Shown here piece after piece: positions 7,833 to 16,492 of a stretch of DNA of 33,848 bases (positions are counted from its first letter, which is position 1; every line of letters starts with the position of its first letter). A program made the position numbers and the translations under genes. The notes under the pieces are model-generated. The model saw nothing but the letters and a program-made list of their open reading frames with translations, had not been told where the DNA came from and did no database searches. Source of the DNA: Candidatus Competibacteraceae bacterium (lineage in GTDB: Bacteria; Pseudomonadota; Gammaproteobacteria; Competibacterales; Competibacteraceae); assembly GCA_036796235.1 (NCBI GenBank), contig DAIRDI010000001.1:1-33848 (forward strand), read 5' to 3'.

Positions 7833-8744
7833 TTACAACCGGCTCAACAGCTCGGCCTTCTTGGCGGCGAACTCTTCTTCGCTGAGGATGCCTTTGGCGC
7901 GCAGCTCGGCGAGCCTCTCGATGAGAGCAAAGACATCGACGCCGCCACCGCTTGGCGATGCGGGCGGGGCGGAGACTGGTGGAGCCGACGGGGATTCCGC
8001 GGCGACCGGTACCCCATTCGCCGATAGAACCGGCAGGCTGGCCACGTCCACCAGACCGTACTGGCTGGAAAACGCGAGCGATCCACCATGGGACTGTTGC
8101 TGCGAGAAACCGCTGATCTGGTGATCGAGAGTGTCGTAGATCGTGACCCGGCCACCGAGTTTGATCGCCAGACGCCGGGCCTGCGCGAAGTAGGCGTAAC
8201 GCGCGCCGTTCTGCGCGCCGGTGCTGGTGGGCCAGCGCAAGTCCGCACCCCACCAGTCGCCGGAGCTTCCAGGGGCCGGTGGCGCGAACAGGCTGACCGG
8301 CCCGACCGGTCCCGCCCCATCCTGCTGTTGTTGGCCCCCGCCGTAACCGCCCCCCTGTTGCTGACCGTAGCCACCTTGCTGCTGGCCACCCCCATAACCG
8401 CTCTGCTGCTGGCCATGATCGTCCGGTTGCTGGCCGCCCTGACTCTGCGACTGGAAACTGCCGCCGCGCACCAGGTCGGGCTGACTCGCCACCAGGTTGG
8501 CCAGGTCGTGACACAGTCCATCGACCCGTCCCTTCAGCGCATGATTGAACATATCGGACAGCATGAGCATACCGCCCTGCATCCATTGGCCGGAGCCGCC
8601 GAATTCAGGGTGATTGAACTGGGCCATGCCGCCGTTACCGTTGATGACGGCGTCCAGCATGCTCGTGACGGCGTCCGGGCTGAAACCGTACCGTTGGGCC
8701 AGGTCGTTGATCGCCTGCTGGCCGGCGGGAGTGAGAGGTCGCAT
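7833..8744 (-). CDS. SHOCT-domain protein with a Gln/Gly/Tyr-rich low-complexity linker
   Basis: 303 aa. The C-terminus DVFALIERLAELRAKGILSEEEFAAKKAELLSRL fits the SHOCT short C-terminal motif. The N-terminal globular part contains AQFNHPEFGGSGQWMQGGMLMLSDMFN. The central tract reads QSQGGQQPDDHGQQQSGYGGGQQQGGYGQQQGGGYGGGQQQQ. Confidence 0.8.
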   Translation of the reverse strand: MRPLTPAGQQAINDLAQRYGFSPDAVTSMLDAVINGNGGMAQFNHPEFGGSGQWMQGGMLMLSDMFNHALKGRVDGLCHDLANLVASQPDLVRGGSFQSQSQGGQQPDDHGQQQSGYGGGQQQGGYGQQQGGGYGGGQQQQDGAGPVGPVSLFAPPAPGSSGDWWGADLRWPTSTGAQNGARYAYFAQARRLAIKLGGRVTIYDTLDHQISGFSQQQSHGGSLAFSSQYGLVDVASLPVLSANGVPVAAESPSAPPVSAPPASPSGGGVDVFALIERLAELRAKGILSEEEFAAKKAELLSRL

Positions 8745-8795
8745 GGTAGGTATCGCTGTTGATCTGGCGAGGATGACGATGGCGCTCGGTCGCCT

Positions 8796-9284
8796 TCAGA
8801 TTAGCGGCTCGTCCGCGACGAGCAAGCCGTCCTCGTCGGCATAGAGAAAAGCGCCCGGCACGAAATTCACGCCGGCGAAGCGCACCAGGATATCCCGCTC
8901 GCCGACGCCGCGCTTGACGCTCTTGAGCGGATGCACGCCCAAGGCCTTGACGCCGATGCCCAGCTCGGCGACGGCGGTGGAATCGCGGATGCAGCCGTTC
9001 ACCACCACGCCGGCCCAGTCGTTCTCCTCGGCCAGTTCGGCGAGCTGGTCGCCCAGCAACGCGCAGCGCATCGACCCGCCGCCGTCCACCACCAACACCC
9101 GGCCGTCGCCCGGCTCTTCGAGGGCGGCGCGGACCAGGGAATTATCCTCAAACACCTTCAGAGTCGTGATGGGTCCGGAAAACATCACTTCTCCGCCGTA
9201 ATCACCGAACACCGGTTCGGCGATTTGCAAACGATCGGAAAACTCATCACATAGATCAGTCGTCTTGAAGTCCATCGGGGTCAC
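8796..9284 (-). CDS. rraA: RraA family protein (RNase E regulator / HMG-aldolase-type fold)
   Basis: 162 aa: [48 protein letters not shown]. Confidence 0.9.
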   Translation of the reverse strand: MTPMDFKTTDLCDEFSDRLQIAEPVFGDYGGEVMFSGPITTLKVFEDNSLVRAALEEPGDGRVLVVDGGGSMRCALLGDQLAELAEENDWAGVVVNGCIRDSTAVAELGIGVKALGVHPLKSVKRGVGERDILVRFAGVNFVPGAFLYADEDGLLVADEPLI

Positions 9285-9338
9285 TCTCGCGGATTGTCGA
9301 ATACGGGTTCGGGCAGTCTAGCACAGTTGGCCACGGCC

Positions 9339-10361
9339 TCAGCGGCTGGTGATTTTCAGCTCGATGCGCCGGTTGCGGCGGTACGCTTCGGGGGTGTTGT
9401 TCGGGTCGATGGGATGATATTCCGCCATGCCGACCGCAGCCAGCCGCTCCGGCGGGACGCCTTGCAGGATCAGATAATTCACCACCTCCTGCGCTCGCGC
9501 CGTGGACAGTTCCCAGTTGGAGGGGAACCGGCCGCCGCGGATGGGCGCCCGGTCGGTATGGCCCTGCACCTCGATAATGACCGGCAAATCCGGCGGCAGT
9601 TGGGTCGCCAACTGCCGGTAGACGGCGGCGAACTTGTCCAGATCGCCGCGCCCGTTCGCCGACAGCGTCGCTTCACCGGAACCGAATAGGACCTCGGACT
9701 GAAACACAAACCGGTCGCCGACCACGACGATGTCGGGGTTGCCGGCGAACACCTCGCGCAGGCGGCCAAAAAAGTCGCTGGCGTATTTTTCCAGTTCCTC
9801 GACCCGCTCCAACAGCTTTTTCTTCAAGGCGCTGTCCAGCGCCTCAATTCGGTCCTTTTGCTCGACGATGACCGTATCGCGTCGGGCCAATTCTTCCTCG
9901 CTGACCGCCAGCGCCCGGTTGAGCCGTTCCAGTTCCGCCGCCAGTCGCTCGGTCCGGGCGCTCAGCAGCGCCGCCTGTTCATGGACGCTGGTGAGGGTCT
10001 GTTCGGTCTTGCTCTTGTCGGCGCTCAGGGCCGCATGCGCCATGCGCGCCGCCACCAGTTCATTCCGCAACTGCGCCAGCAGGGCATCCCGTTCGCCGGC
10101 CGTGGTTTCCAGACCCTGAACTTGGCCGCGCAGCAGCGCCGCTTCCCGTTCGGCGTCGCCGGCCAAGCCCTCCAGATGCGCGACGATCCGCTGGAGTTGA
10201 CCGATAGCGGTTTCCTTACCCAGGATTTCGCGGCCGATCAGCACTTCGGTGATGACAAAGACCGTGATCAAAAAAATCAGCACCATCACCAAGCCGCCCA
10301 AGGCGTCGGTGAAGGCGGGCCAGATGTTGAATTCGCCGAACGAATCACGCCGGCGGGGCAT
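9339..10361 (-). CDS. MotB/OmpA-like peptidoglycan-binding stator subunit with a roughly 170-aa coiled-coil spacer
   Basis: 340 aa. Single N-terminal TM preceded by a conserved Asp (WPAFTDALGGLVMVLIFL). Long heptad-like A/L/E/R-rich segment. C-terminal OmpA-like motif: VQGHTDRAPI...SNWELSTARAQEVVNYL...NRRIELKI. Confidence 0.85.
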   Translation of the reverse strand: MPRRRDSFGEFNIWPAFTDALGGLVMVLIFLITVFVITEVLIGREILGKETAIGQLQRIVAHLEGLAGDAEREAALLRGQVQGLETTAGERDALLAQLRNELVAARMAHAALSADKSKTEQTLTSVHEQAALLSARTERLAAELERLNRALAVSEEELARRDTVIVEQKDRIEALDSALKKKLLERVEELEKYASDFFGRLREVFAGNPDIVVVGDRFVFQSEVLFGSGEATLSANGRGDLDKFAAVYRQLATQLPPDLPVIIEVQGHTDRAPIRGGRFPSNWELSTARAQEVVNYLILQGVPPERLAAVGMAEYHPIDPNNTPEAYRRNRRIELKITSR

Positions 10362-11427
10362 GGTCGTCGCCGTCCGGGTTTAAGTCCGACCGCTGCGCCA
10401 GCAGTCGGGCGATGATCCGCAGCTCGTGCCGCAGATCGGCGGTGCGGTCGCTCTCGATATGTTGCAGGGTCGCCCGCAGCGATTCGATCTGTTCGCCCAG
10501 GTTCGCCACCTGCTCCGCAACCCGGGTGATGCCTTCACCCCGGTTGGCCAGATATTCGGTGGACGCCGCCACCCGCTCCAGCCGATCCACCGTGGATTGT
10601 AGGAGAGCGGCCAGATGCCGGGGAGAAATCGTTTCGGTCTGAGCGGTGACCGTGACCACCGGCTGCCACAGCGGGACCAAATCGCTGACCACCAACGCTT
10701 CCAGTTGGGCGTGATGATGGTTTTGGGCGTGGAACAGTTGCAGCTCCAGAAAGCCCAGCGCCAGCGCGCCCAGCAACCCGAACAGCGAGGCCGAAAACGC
10801 GGTGCCCATGCCGCCCAGCGGCGCGGCCAGACGATCCTTGAACTCGCCGATCAGGGCCATGGTATCGGTCGCCTGGTCGGTGGACAGACCGCCGATGACA
10901 TCGCGCACGCCGGCGATGGTCAACAACAGGCCATAAAAAGTGCCGATCAGGCCGAGCAGCACCAGCGCCCCGACCAGATAGCGCACCAGCGCCCGCTGAT
11001 CGTCGCCGCGCGTGGCCAGCGAATCCAGGAGATACGGCAGAGTGGCGGTGGCGTCGCCATGCTCGATGACTCGGTGGACCTTTTGCAAGAACTCACGCAC
11101 GCCGTACCGCTCGTTACCGAGCAGCAGTTCGTCGGCTTGGCGGAGCGGCAGTTCGCGGCGGCGGGCCTTGAGGGCGACCTCTCCCGCCTGCCCGGCGGCG
11201 CGGGTATCGAGCAGGGCGCCGATCAGCGCCTTGAGGGTGTAAGCCACTCCCAACAGAAAGGCGACGCCGATGGTCCCGTTCAGATAGGGATTGGTCAGGA
11301 AGGCTTTGGTAAGGGGTTCCTGAAAGGCCGCGCCCAGCGCCGCCATGGCGGCCAGAAACAGCAGGGAACGTAGCAGATAGCTTCCGGCGCCCCGGACGGA
11401 GCGTCGGTCGGGCATGAGGGTGGGCAT
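10345..11427 (-). CDS. MotA/TolQ/ExbB-family proton-channel protein (4-TM MotA-like topology) with a C-terminal coiled-coil tail
   Basis: 360 aa. Two N-terminal TMs, a soluble loop of about 95 aa, then LLGLIGTFYGLLLTIAGV and GMGTAFSASLFGLLGALALGFL (channel-family signatures). This is followed by a helical tail of about 130 aa. It overlaps the MotB-like gene by 17 nt. There is no clear SD, so the start (11427 or 11415) is uncertain. Confidence 0.8.
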   Translation of the reverse strand: MPTLMPDRRSVRGAGSYLLRSLLFLAAMAALGAAFQEPLTKAFLTNPYLNGTIGVAFLLGVAYTLKALIGALLDTRAAGQAGEVALKARRRELPLRQADELLLGNERYGVREFLQKVHRVIEHGDATATLPYLLDSLATRGDDQRALVRYLVGALVLLGLIGTFYGLLLTIAGVRDVIGGLSTDQATDTMALIGEFKDRLAAPLGGMGTAFSASLFGLLGALALGFLELQLFHAQNHHHAQLEALVVSDLVPLWQPVVTVTAQTETISPRHLAALLQSTVDRLERVAASTEYLANRGEGITRVAEQVANLGEQIESLRATLQHIESDRTADLRHELRIIARLLAQRSDLNPDGDDHAPPA

Positions 11428-11451
11428 GAGCGTGATGGATTCGGAAAAGAG

Positions 11452-12060
11452 TTACGCCAGTTGGAGGTTTTGGCCCCAGCCGCCCTCGAACGCCAGGCTG
11501 TCCAGCGACTTGCGTTCTCGTGGGGCCAGTTCGCGTTCGCGCAGCGACTCCGGCAAGACATCGATTGGCCCCGGATGACCGACCGCGATCATCGCCATGC
11601 AGGCGTGGTCGGCGGGGATCGCGAACGTCGCTCTGGCTTTTTCGGGATCGAAGCCGCCCATCTGGTGGGCGACCAGACCGAGGGCGGCGGCTTGCAGGCA
11701 GAGATTTTCGCTGGCCGCGCCGGTATCGTGCTGCGCCCAACGGTTCGGCTGGTTGTTGTGACCGAAGTTCGGCGTCGCCACCGACAGCAGCAGCACCGGC
11801 GCGTTGTGAACCCAGATTTGATTGCCCTCGGCCAGACATTCGAACGCCTGTCGCCAGCCGGCGGCGTCGCGGAACCGATCCCAGACCAGATAGCGCCACG
11901 GCTGATCGCCGAAACAGGATGGCGCCCAGCGGGCTGCTTCCAGCAGCGCCAGCAGGTGTTCGCGACTGACCGATCGCTCCGGGTCGATGGCGCGCGGACT
12001 CCAGCGGCGGGCGAGCAGATCGGCGATGGCGAGTTGAGTGACAGCGGGTTTTTCCAGCAT
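11452..12060 (-). CDS. Nitroreductase family protein
   Basis: 202 aa from MLEKPAVTQ (AGGAGA SD upstream). RRWSPRA...LLEAARWAPS...QPW and HDTGAASENLCLQAAALGL are typical nitroreductase-fold motifs. The track ORF start at 12168 is an upstream extension. Confidence 0.85.
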   Translation of the reverse strand: MLEKPAVTQLAIADLLARRWSPRAIDPERSVSREHLLALLEAARWAPSCFGDQPWRYLVWDRFRDAAGWRQAFECLAEGNQIWVHNAPVLLLSVATPNFGHNNQPNRWAQHDTGAASENLCLQAAALGLVAHQMGGFDPEKARATFAIPADHACMAMIAVGHPGPIDVLPESLRERELAPRERKSLDSLAFEGGWGQNLQLA

Positions 12061-12179
12061 GAGTTTCTCCTGAGGGGGTTTGGCGATTGTGTAGACCACG
12101 TCGGTCCGAAAAAAGCGACAATGACGGGCAATATCTTCTTCAACCCTTTCTAAACCCGCAACCATCAAAGGAGCCCGTC

Positions 12180-12641
12180 ATGGCTCTCATCCAGGAAATC
12201 AACGATTACCTCAACCACCACGTCCCGCTGTTCCGGGCCATGCAGGCGCGCTTGGAGCGCTGCGACGCCACCGGACTGGCCTTGGTCGCGCCGCTGGCGC
12301 CGAATCTCAACGACAAGGGCATCGCCTTCGGCGGTTCGCTGGCGGCCATCGCGTCGCTGACCGGTTGGGCCCTGACCACGGCGACCCTGCGCGAACACGG
12401 CGAGGCCGCCGAAATCGTGATTACCGAAAGCACCCTGAAGTTTCTGCGCCCGGTGCGGGAGGACATCGTGGCGGAGTGCGCGCGGCCGGATGCGGCGACG
12501 TCCGAACAGTTCATCGAACGTTACCGCCTGCGGGGAAAAGCCCGCTGGACCGTTGAGGTCGTCATCCGCGCCGCAGGCGAGCCGGCGATGACTTTCACCG
12601 GGCAGTATGGGATTTTTCGGGCTGAAAAACCCTTGGCGTAA
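12180..12641 (+). CDS. Hotdog-fold thioesterase (YiiD C-terminal-like)
   Basis: 153 aa from MALIQEINDYLNHHVPL (AAAGGAG SD at 12167-12173). NDKGIAFGGSLAAIASLTGW is typical of the YiiD_C putative thioesterase family. The family assignment is from memory. Confidence 0.65.
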   Translation: MALIQEINDYLNHHVPLFRAMQARLERCDATGLALVAPLAPNLNDKGIAFGGSLAAIASLTGWALTTATLREHGEAAEIVITESTLKFLRPVREDIVAECARPDAATSEQFIERYRLRGKARWTVEVVIRAAGEPAMTFTGQYGIFRAEKPLA

Positions 12642-12707
12642 GCCCTCGTCCGCCGAATGGGTTAGAATCAAGGTTGAGGCGAACGGTTGCCCATTCGGAG
12701 GCCTGCC

Positions 12708-14231
12708 ATGATGACTCTCGATCTTCCCGGTTTTGTGCTGACCTTTCTGGCGGTGATGGCCGCGTTGTTCGTCTTCGCCGTCGGCGTCGGCGTTCTGCTG
12801 CTCGCCGTCCTCTACGTGGTCGACATCACGCAAACCCAGCACGCCATCCGCCGCAACTTTCCGGTCATCGGGCGGCTGCGCTACCGGATGGAGCATCTGG
12901 GCGTGTTTTTCCGTCAGTATTTTTACGCCATGGATCGGGAGGAGATGCCGTTCAATCGGGCGCAACGGGCCTGGGTCTACCGGGCGGCGAAAAATCTGGA
13001 CACCACCCAGCCGTTCGGCTCCACCCGCGACCTGCGGCCGCCGGGCACTATTCTGTTCGCCAACGCCGCGTTTCCGACCCTCGACACCGAGCCGGCCGCC
13101 GCCGCGCCGTTGGTGATTGGTCCGGATTGTCCCCAGCCCTATGCGGCGCCCAGCTTTTTCAACGTCTCCGCCATGAGTTACGGGGCCATTTCCAAACCGG
13201 CGGTCCTGGCCTTGGCGAACGGCGCGCGGCTGGCCGGGTGCTGGATGAATACCGGGGAAGGCGGCCTGTCGCCTTATCATCTGGAAGGCGGCGCCGACCT
13301 GGTCTTTCAGATCGGGACCGCGAAATACGGCGTGTGCGACGGCCAGGGTGGCCTGGATGCGGCGAAGTTGCGTGCGGTGGCCGCCCATCCTCAAGTGCGG
13401 ATGTTCGAAATCAAGCTCAGCCAAGGGGCCAAGCCCGGCAAAGGTGGCATCCTGCCAGCGGCCAAGGTCACGCCGGAAATCGCCGCGATTCGCGGCATCC
13501 CGGTCGGCCAGGATTCCCGCAGCCCCAACCGGCATCCCGACATCGCCGATGTGGCGGCCTTGTTGGACTTCGTCGCCCGAGTCCGGAATCTGACCGGCAA
13601 ACCCACCGGTTTCAAGCTGGTCATCGGCGATCCGGATTGGCTCGACGAGTTGTGCCAAGAGATCAAACGCCGAGTTCCGGCCAGCGCACCCGACTTCATC
13701 ACGGTGGACAGCGCCGACGGCGGCACCGGCGCGGCCCCGATGAGCTTGCTCGACTACGTGGGACTGCCGATCCAGGAGAGCCTGCCGCTGGTGGTGGACA
13801 AACTCAGCGAGTACGGCTTGCGCGAGCGCGTCCGGGTGATCGCCTCCGGGAAACTAATCAATCCTGGCGAGGTGGCCTGGGCACTGTGCGTGGGCGCCGA
13901 TTTCGTCAACTCGGCGCGGGGTTTCCTGTTCGCGCTCGGCTGCGTGCAGTCCATGCAATGCGACAAGAACACCTGCCCGGCCGGCATCACCACCCACAAT
14001 CCTCGCCTGCAACGAGGTCTGGACCCGACGGACAAGGTCGAGCGGGTGCGGCATTATGTGGAAAATCTGCGGCGAGAGGTGGAGAGCATCGCCCACTCCT
14101 GCGGCGCGGCGGACCCCCGGCAACTTCGGCGCGGGCACTGTCGGATCGTGACCGGTCCCGGCCGCTCAGCGTCGCTGGATGCTCTTTATCAACGGGTTCC
14201 GGCGCCGGTTCGCCAGATGGATGCGGCTTGA
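12708..14231 (+). CDS. FMN-binding glutamate synthase-family protein (stand-alone GltS FMN domain with an N-terminal TM)
   Basis: KLSQGAKPGKGGILP and VDSADGGTGAAP match the GltB FMN-domain signatures. There is an N-terminal hydrophobic helix. The ATG at 12708 has GGAGG 6 nt upstream. Confidence 0.9.
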   Translation: MMTLDLPGFVLTFLAVMAALFVFAVGVGVLLLAVLYVVDITQTQHAIRRNFPVIGRLRYRMEHLGVFFRQYFYAMDREEMPFNRAQRAWVYRAAKNLDTTQPFGSTRDLRPPGTILFANAAFPTLDTEPAAAAPLVIGPDCPQPYAAPSFFNVSAMSYGAISKPAVLALANGARLAGCWMNTGEGGLSPYHLEGGADLVFQIGTAKYGVCDGQGGLDAAKLRAVAAHPQVRMFEIKLSQGAKPGKGGILPAAKVTPEIAAIRGIPVGQDSRSPNRHPDIADVAALLDFVARVRNLTGKPTGFKLVIGDPDWLDELCQEIKRRVPASAPDFITVDSADGGTGAAPMSLLDYVGLPIQESLPLVVDKLSEYGLRERVRVIASGKLINPGEVAWALCVGADFVNSARGFLFALGCVQSMQCDKNTCPAGITTHNPRLQRGLDPTDKVERVRHYVENLRREVESIAHSCGAADPRQLRRGHCRIVTGPGRSASLDALYQRVPAPVRQMDAA

Positions 14232-14300
14232 TGGCCGCGCCCCGGTTTTAGGTCCACGCAATCGCTTCACCTTCAGCCATCAATCTCTGGCAGGTATTCC

Positions 14301-15002
14301 ATGGCAACATGGCGTAGGGTATGGGTAGTAGGGTTGTGGTCGATCGTTTTGTCGGCCCAGGCGGATCTACTGGTAGGCTTGGCGGCCTTGGCCAAAGGCG
14401 ACTATCCGACCGCGCTGGCTGAATGGCGACCGCTGGCCGAGCAGGGTGAAGCGGAAGCGCAGTTTAACGTGGGCGTGCTCTACGACGACGGGTTGGGGGT
14501 CGAACGGGATCGGGCGGTCGCCGCCGATTGGTATCGGCGGGCCGCCGAGCAGGGACACGCCAGGGCACAGTTCAATCTGGCCGTGCTGTACGCCAATGGT
14601 CTGGGCGTCGAGCAGAGTTACGCGCAAGCCTTGCGCTGGTACCGGCGAGCCGCCGAACAGGGGCTGAGTGAAGCGCAGTTCAACTTGGCCGTTTTGTACG
14701 AGAATGGCCTCGGCGCAATCCGGGACTATACCGAAGCGGCCTATTGGTTGCGCCGCGCCGCCGAACGAGGGCATGCGGCCGCGCAGAACAACCTTGGGGT
14801 GCTGTACGCCAACGGTCAAGGCGTTGCCCGCGATCCGGTGCTCGCCTATGTCTGGTACAGCATTGCAGCGGTGGGCGATAACGCCAAAGCCCGCTTCAAC
14901 CGCGACCAGATCGTCCAGGAGCTGGACCCGGAGCAGCTCGCGGAAGGCCGGCGACTCACCGTCGAATACGTCAAACGTTATTTGCCCTCCTCATCACCCT
15001 GA
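14301..15002 (+). CDS. Secreted Sel1-repeat (TPR-like) protein
   Basis: 233 aa. Signal-peptide-like N-terminus (WVVGLWSIVLSAQA). Four consecutive 36-aa repeats of the form AQFNLAVLYxNGLGVxxDxxxAxxWYRRAAEQG. Confidence 0.9.
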   Translation: MATWRRVWVVGLWSIVLSAQADLLVGLAALAKGDYPTALAEWRPLAEQGEAEAQFNVGVLYDDGLGVERDRAVAADWYRRAAEQGHARAQFNLAVLYANGLGVEQSYAQALRWYRRAAEQGLSEAQFNLAVLYENGLGAIRDYTEAAYWLRRAAERGHAAAQNNLGVLYANGQGVARDPVLAYVWYSIAAVGDNAKARFNRDQIVQELDPEQLAEGRRLTVEYVKRYLPSSSP

Positions 15003-15054
15003 ACGTATGCCACCCAAGCCGGCATTCTTCCCGATTTGCAGCCGCCTCCACGCC

Positions 15055-16077
15055 ATGATTCACTATCCCCTGCAAGCGCGCGCTTATTGGCTGGCGGCTC
15101 CCGGACGGGGCGAAATCCGCGACGGACGGCTGGCCGCGCCCGGTCCGGATCAGGTTCTGGTCAGAACGCTCTATACCGGCATCAGCCGCGGCACCGAAAG
15201 TCTGGTGTTTCGCGGCGAGGTGCCGCCCAGTCAGTATCACGCCATGCGCGCGCCGTTCCAGCAGGGTGACTTTCCCGCGCCGGTCAAATACGGTTACTGC
15301 AATGTTGGGGTCGTCGAGGTCGGTCCAGACGCGCTGCGCGGCCAAACGGTCTTCTGTCTGTATCCGCATCAGGACCGCTATGTGGCGCCGGCGACCGCGG
15401 TGACCCCGGTGCCGTTATCGATTCCGCCCGGACGGGCGGTGCTGGCCGCCAATCTGGAAACCGCGCTCAACGTGCTGTGGGACGCCGCGCCCCGGCTGGG
15501 CGACCGAATCACGGTAATCGGCGCCGGCGCGGTGGGTTGCCTGATCGCCCGGTTGGCCGGGCGGATGCCGGGGTGCGCGGTGCAACTGGTGGACATAGAC
15601 CCGCGCAAGGCCGCGCTCGCCGCGCACCTGGGGGTCCGCTTCGCCACTCCGGAGGAGGCGGAGGGAGGTCAGGATCGAGTCGTTCACGCCAGCGGCGCGC
15701 CCGCTGGCCTGGCGACCGCCCTGGCATTGGCTGGTTTCGAGGCTACCGTGGTGGAAGCCAGTTGGTTCGGCGCCCGCCCGGTCAGCCTGCCGCTGGGCGA
15801 AGCCTTCCACGCCAACCGGCTGCGGATTCACAGTTCCCAGGTCGGCGCCGTGGCCACCGCCCAGCGCGGGCGCTGGGACCATCGGCGGCGCATGGCCACC
15901 GTGATGCAGCTCCTGGACGATCCGGCGCTGGATGCGCTGATCGGCGGCGACCGCCCGTTCGCCGAATTGCCGCGAGTCATGGCCGACCTGAGCCGGAATC
16001 CCGATGTCGTACCCTGCCATCGCATTGTCTATGCTGATAGCAGGTTGAACCCAGCCCTCTCGAATTCCCTCACCTAA
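15055..16077 (+). CDS. MDR-superfamily dehydrogenase, BchC-like subgroup (catalytic Zn ligands apparently absent)
   Basis: 340 aa from MIHYPL. Has the Rossmann motif [15 protein letters not shown]. The N-terminal GroES-like part reads [14 protein letters not shown]...[10 protein letters not shown], where classical Zn-ADHs have C-G-T-D and G-H-E. The track ORF start at 14668 is an out-of-frame overlap with the Sel1 gene. Confidence 0.8.
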   Translation: MIHYPLQARAYWLAAPGRGEIRDGRLAAPGPDQVLVRTLYTGISRGTESLVFRGEVPPSQYHAMRAPFQQGDFPAPVKYGYCNVGVVEVGPDALRGQTVFCLYPHQDRYVAPATAVTPVPLSIPPGRAVLAANLETALNVLWDAAPRLGDRITVIGAGAVGCLIARLAGRMPGCAVQLVDIDPRKAALAAHLGVRFATPEEAEGGQDRVVHASGAPAGLATALALAGFEATVVEASWFGARPVSLPLGEAFHANRLRIHSSQVGAVATAQRGRWDHRRRMATVMQLLDDPALDALIGGDRPFAELPRVMADLSRNPDVVPCHRIVYADSRLNPALSNSLT

Positions 16078-16090
16078 GGTCAAGCCATCC

Positions 16091-16492
16091 ATGTACACCG
16101 TCTGCGTCCGCGACCATTTCATGATCGCCCACAGCTTTCAGGGAGCAACCTTCGGTCCCGCCCAGCGCCTGCACGGCGCGACCTATGTCGTCGATCTGGA
16201 ACTGCGCCGTCCCGAACTCGACCCCGATGGGGTGGTGGTGGATATCGGCAAGGCCAGCGTGTGCCTGCGGGCGGTGCTGGACGAACTGAATTTCCGCAAT
16301 CTCGATGAACTGCCGGAATTCGCCGGCCGCAACACCACCACCGAGTTTTTGGCGCAGGCGATTTTCAACCGCCTCGCGCTGCGGATCGAGGACGGCCAAC
16401 TCGGGTTGCACGCCACGGGCCTGAGCGCCATGCGCGTCACCCTGCATGAATCGCACGTCGCCTGGGCCGCCTACGAAAGCGTGCTGCCGTGA
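16091..16492 (+). CDS. 6-pyruvoyl-tetrahydropterin synthase / QueD-fold (COG0720-like) protein, non-canonical active site
   Basis: 133 aa. FMIAHSF...[13 protein letters not shown]...VVVDIG...NTTTEFLA...TLHES align by eye to QueD/PTPS (FEAAHRL...CGRLHGHSF...IDF...PTSEVLA...ETC). Confidence 0.8.
   Translation: MYTVCVRDHFMIAHSFQGATFGPAQRLHGATYVVDLELRRPELDPDGVVVDIGKASVCLRAVLDELNFRNLDELPEFAGRNTTTEFLAQAIFNRLALRIEDGQLGLHATGLSAMRVTLHESHVAWAAYESVLP

Noticed and set aside
8280-8460. Imperfect tandem nucleotide repeats (CTGCTG/GCCACC-type)
   Set aside because: They correspond to the Q/G/Y-rich coding tract of the SHOCT protein on the minus strand. They are not a CRISPR array or a non-coding VNTR.
12165-13658. 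497-aa ORF antisense to the thioesterase and GltS-FMN-like genes
   Set aside because: It is opposite to two well-supported genes, has an Arg/Gly/Gln-rich composition and shows no motifs. It is a typical GC-rich shadow ORF.
14668-15054. Upstream extension of the MDR dehydrogenase ORF (track start 14668)
   Set aside because: The extension overlaps the Sel1-repeat gene in another frame and encodes low-complexity sequence. The dehydrogenase homology begins at MIHYPL (15055).
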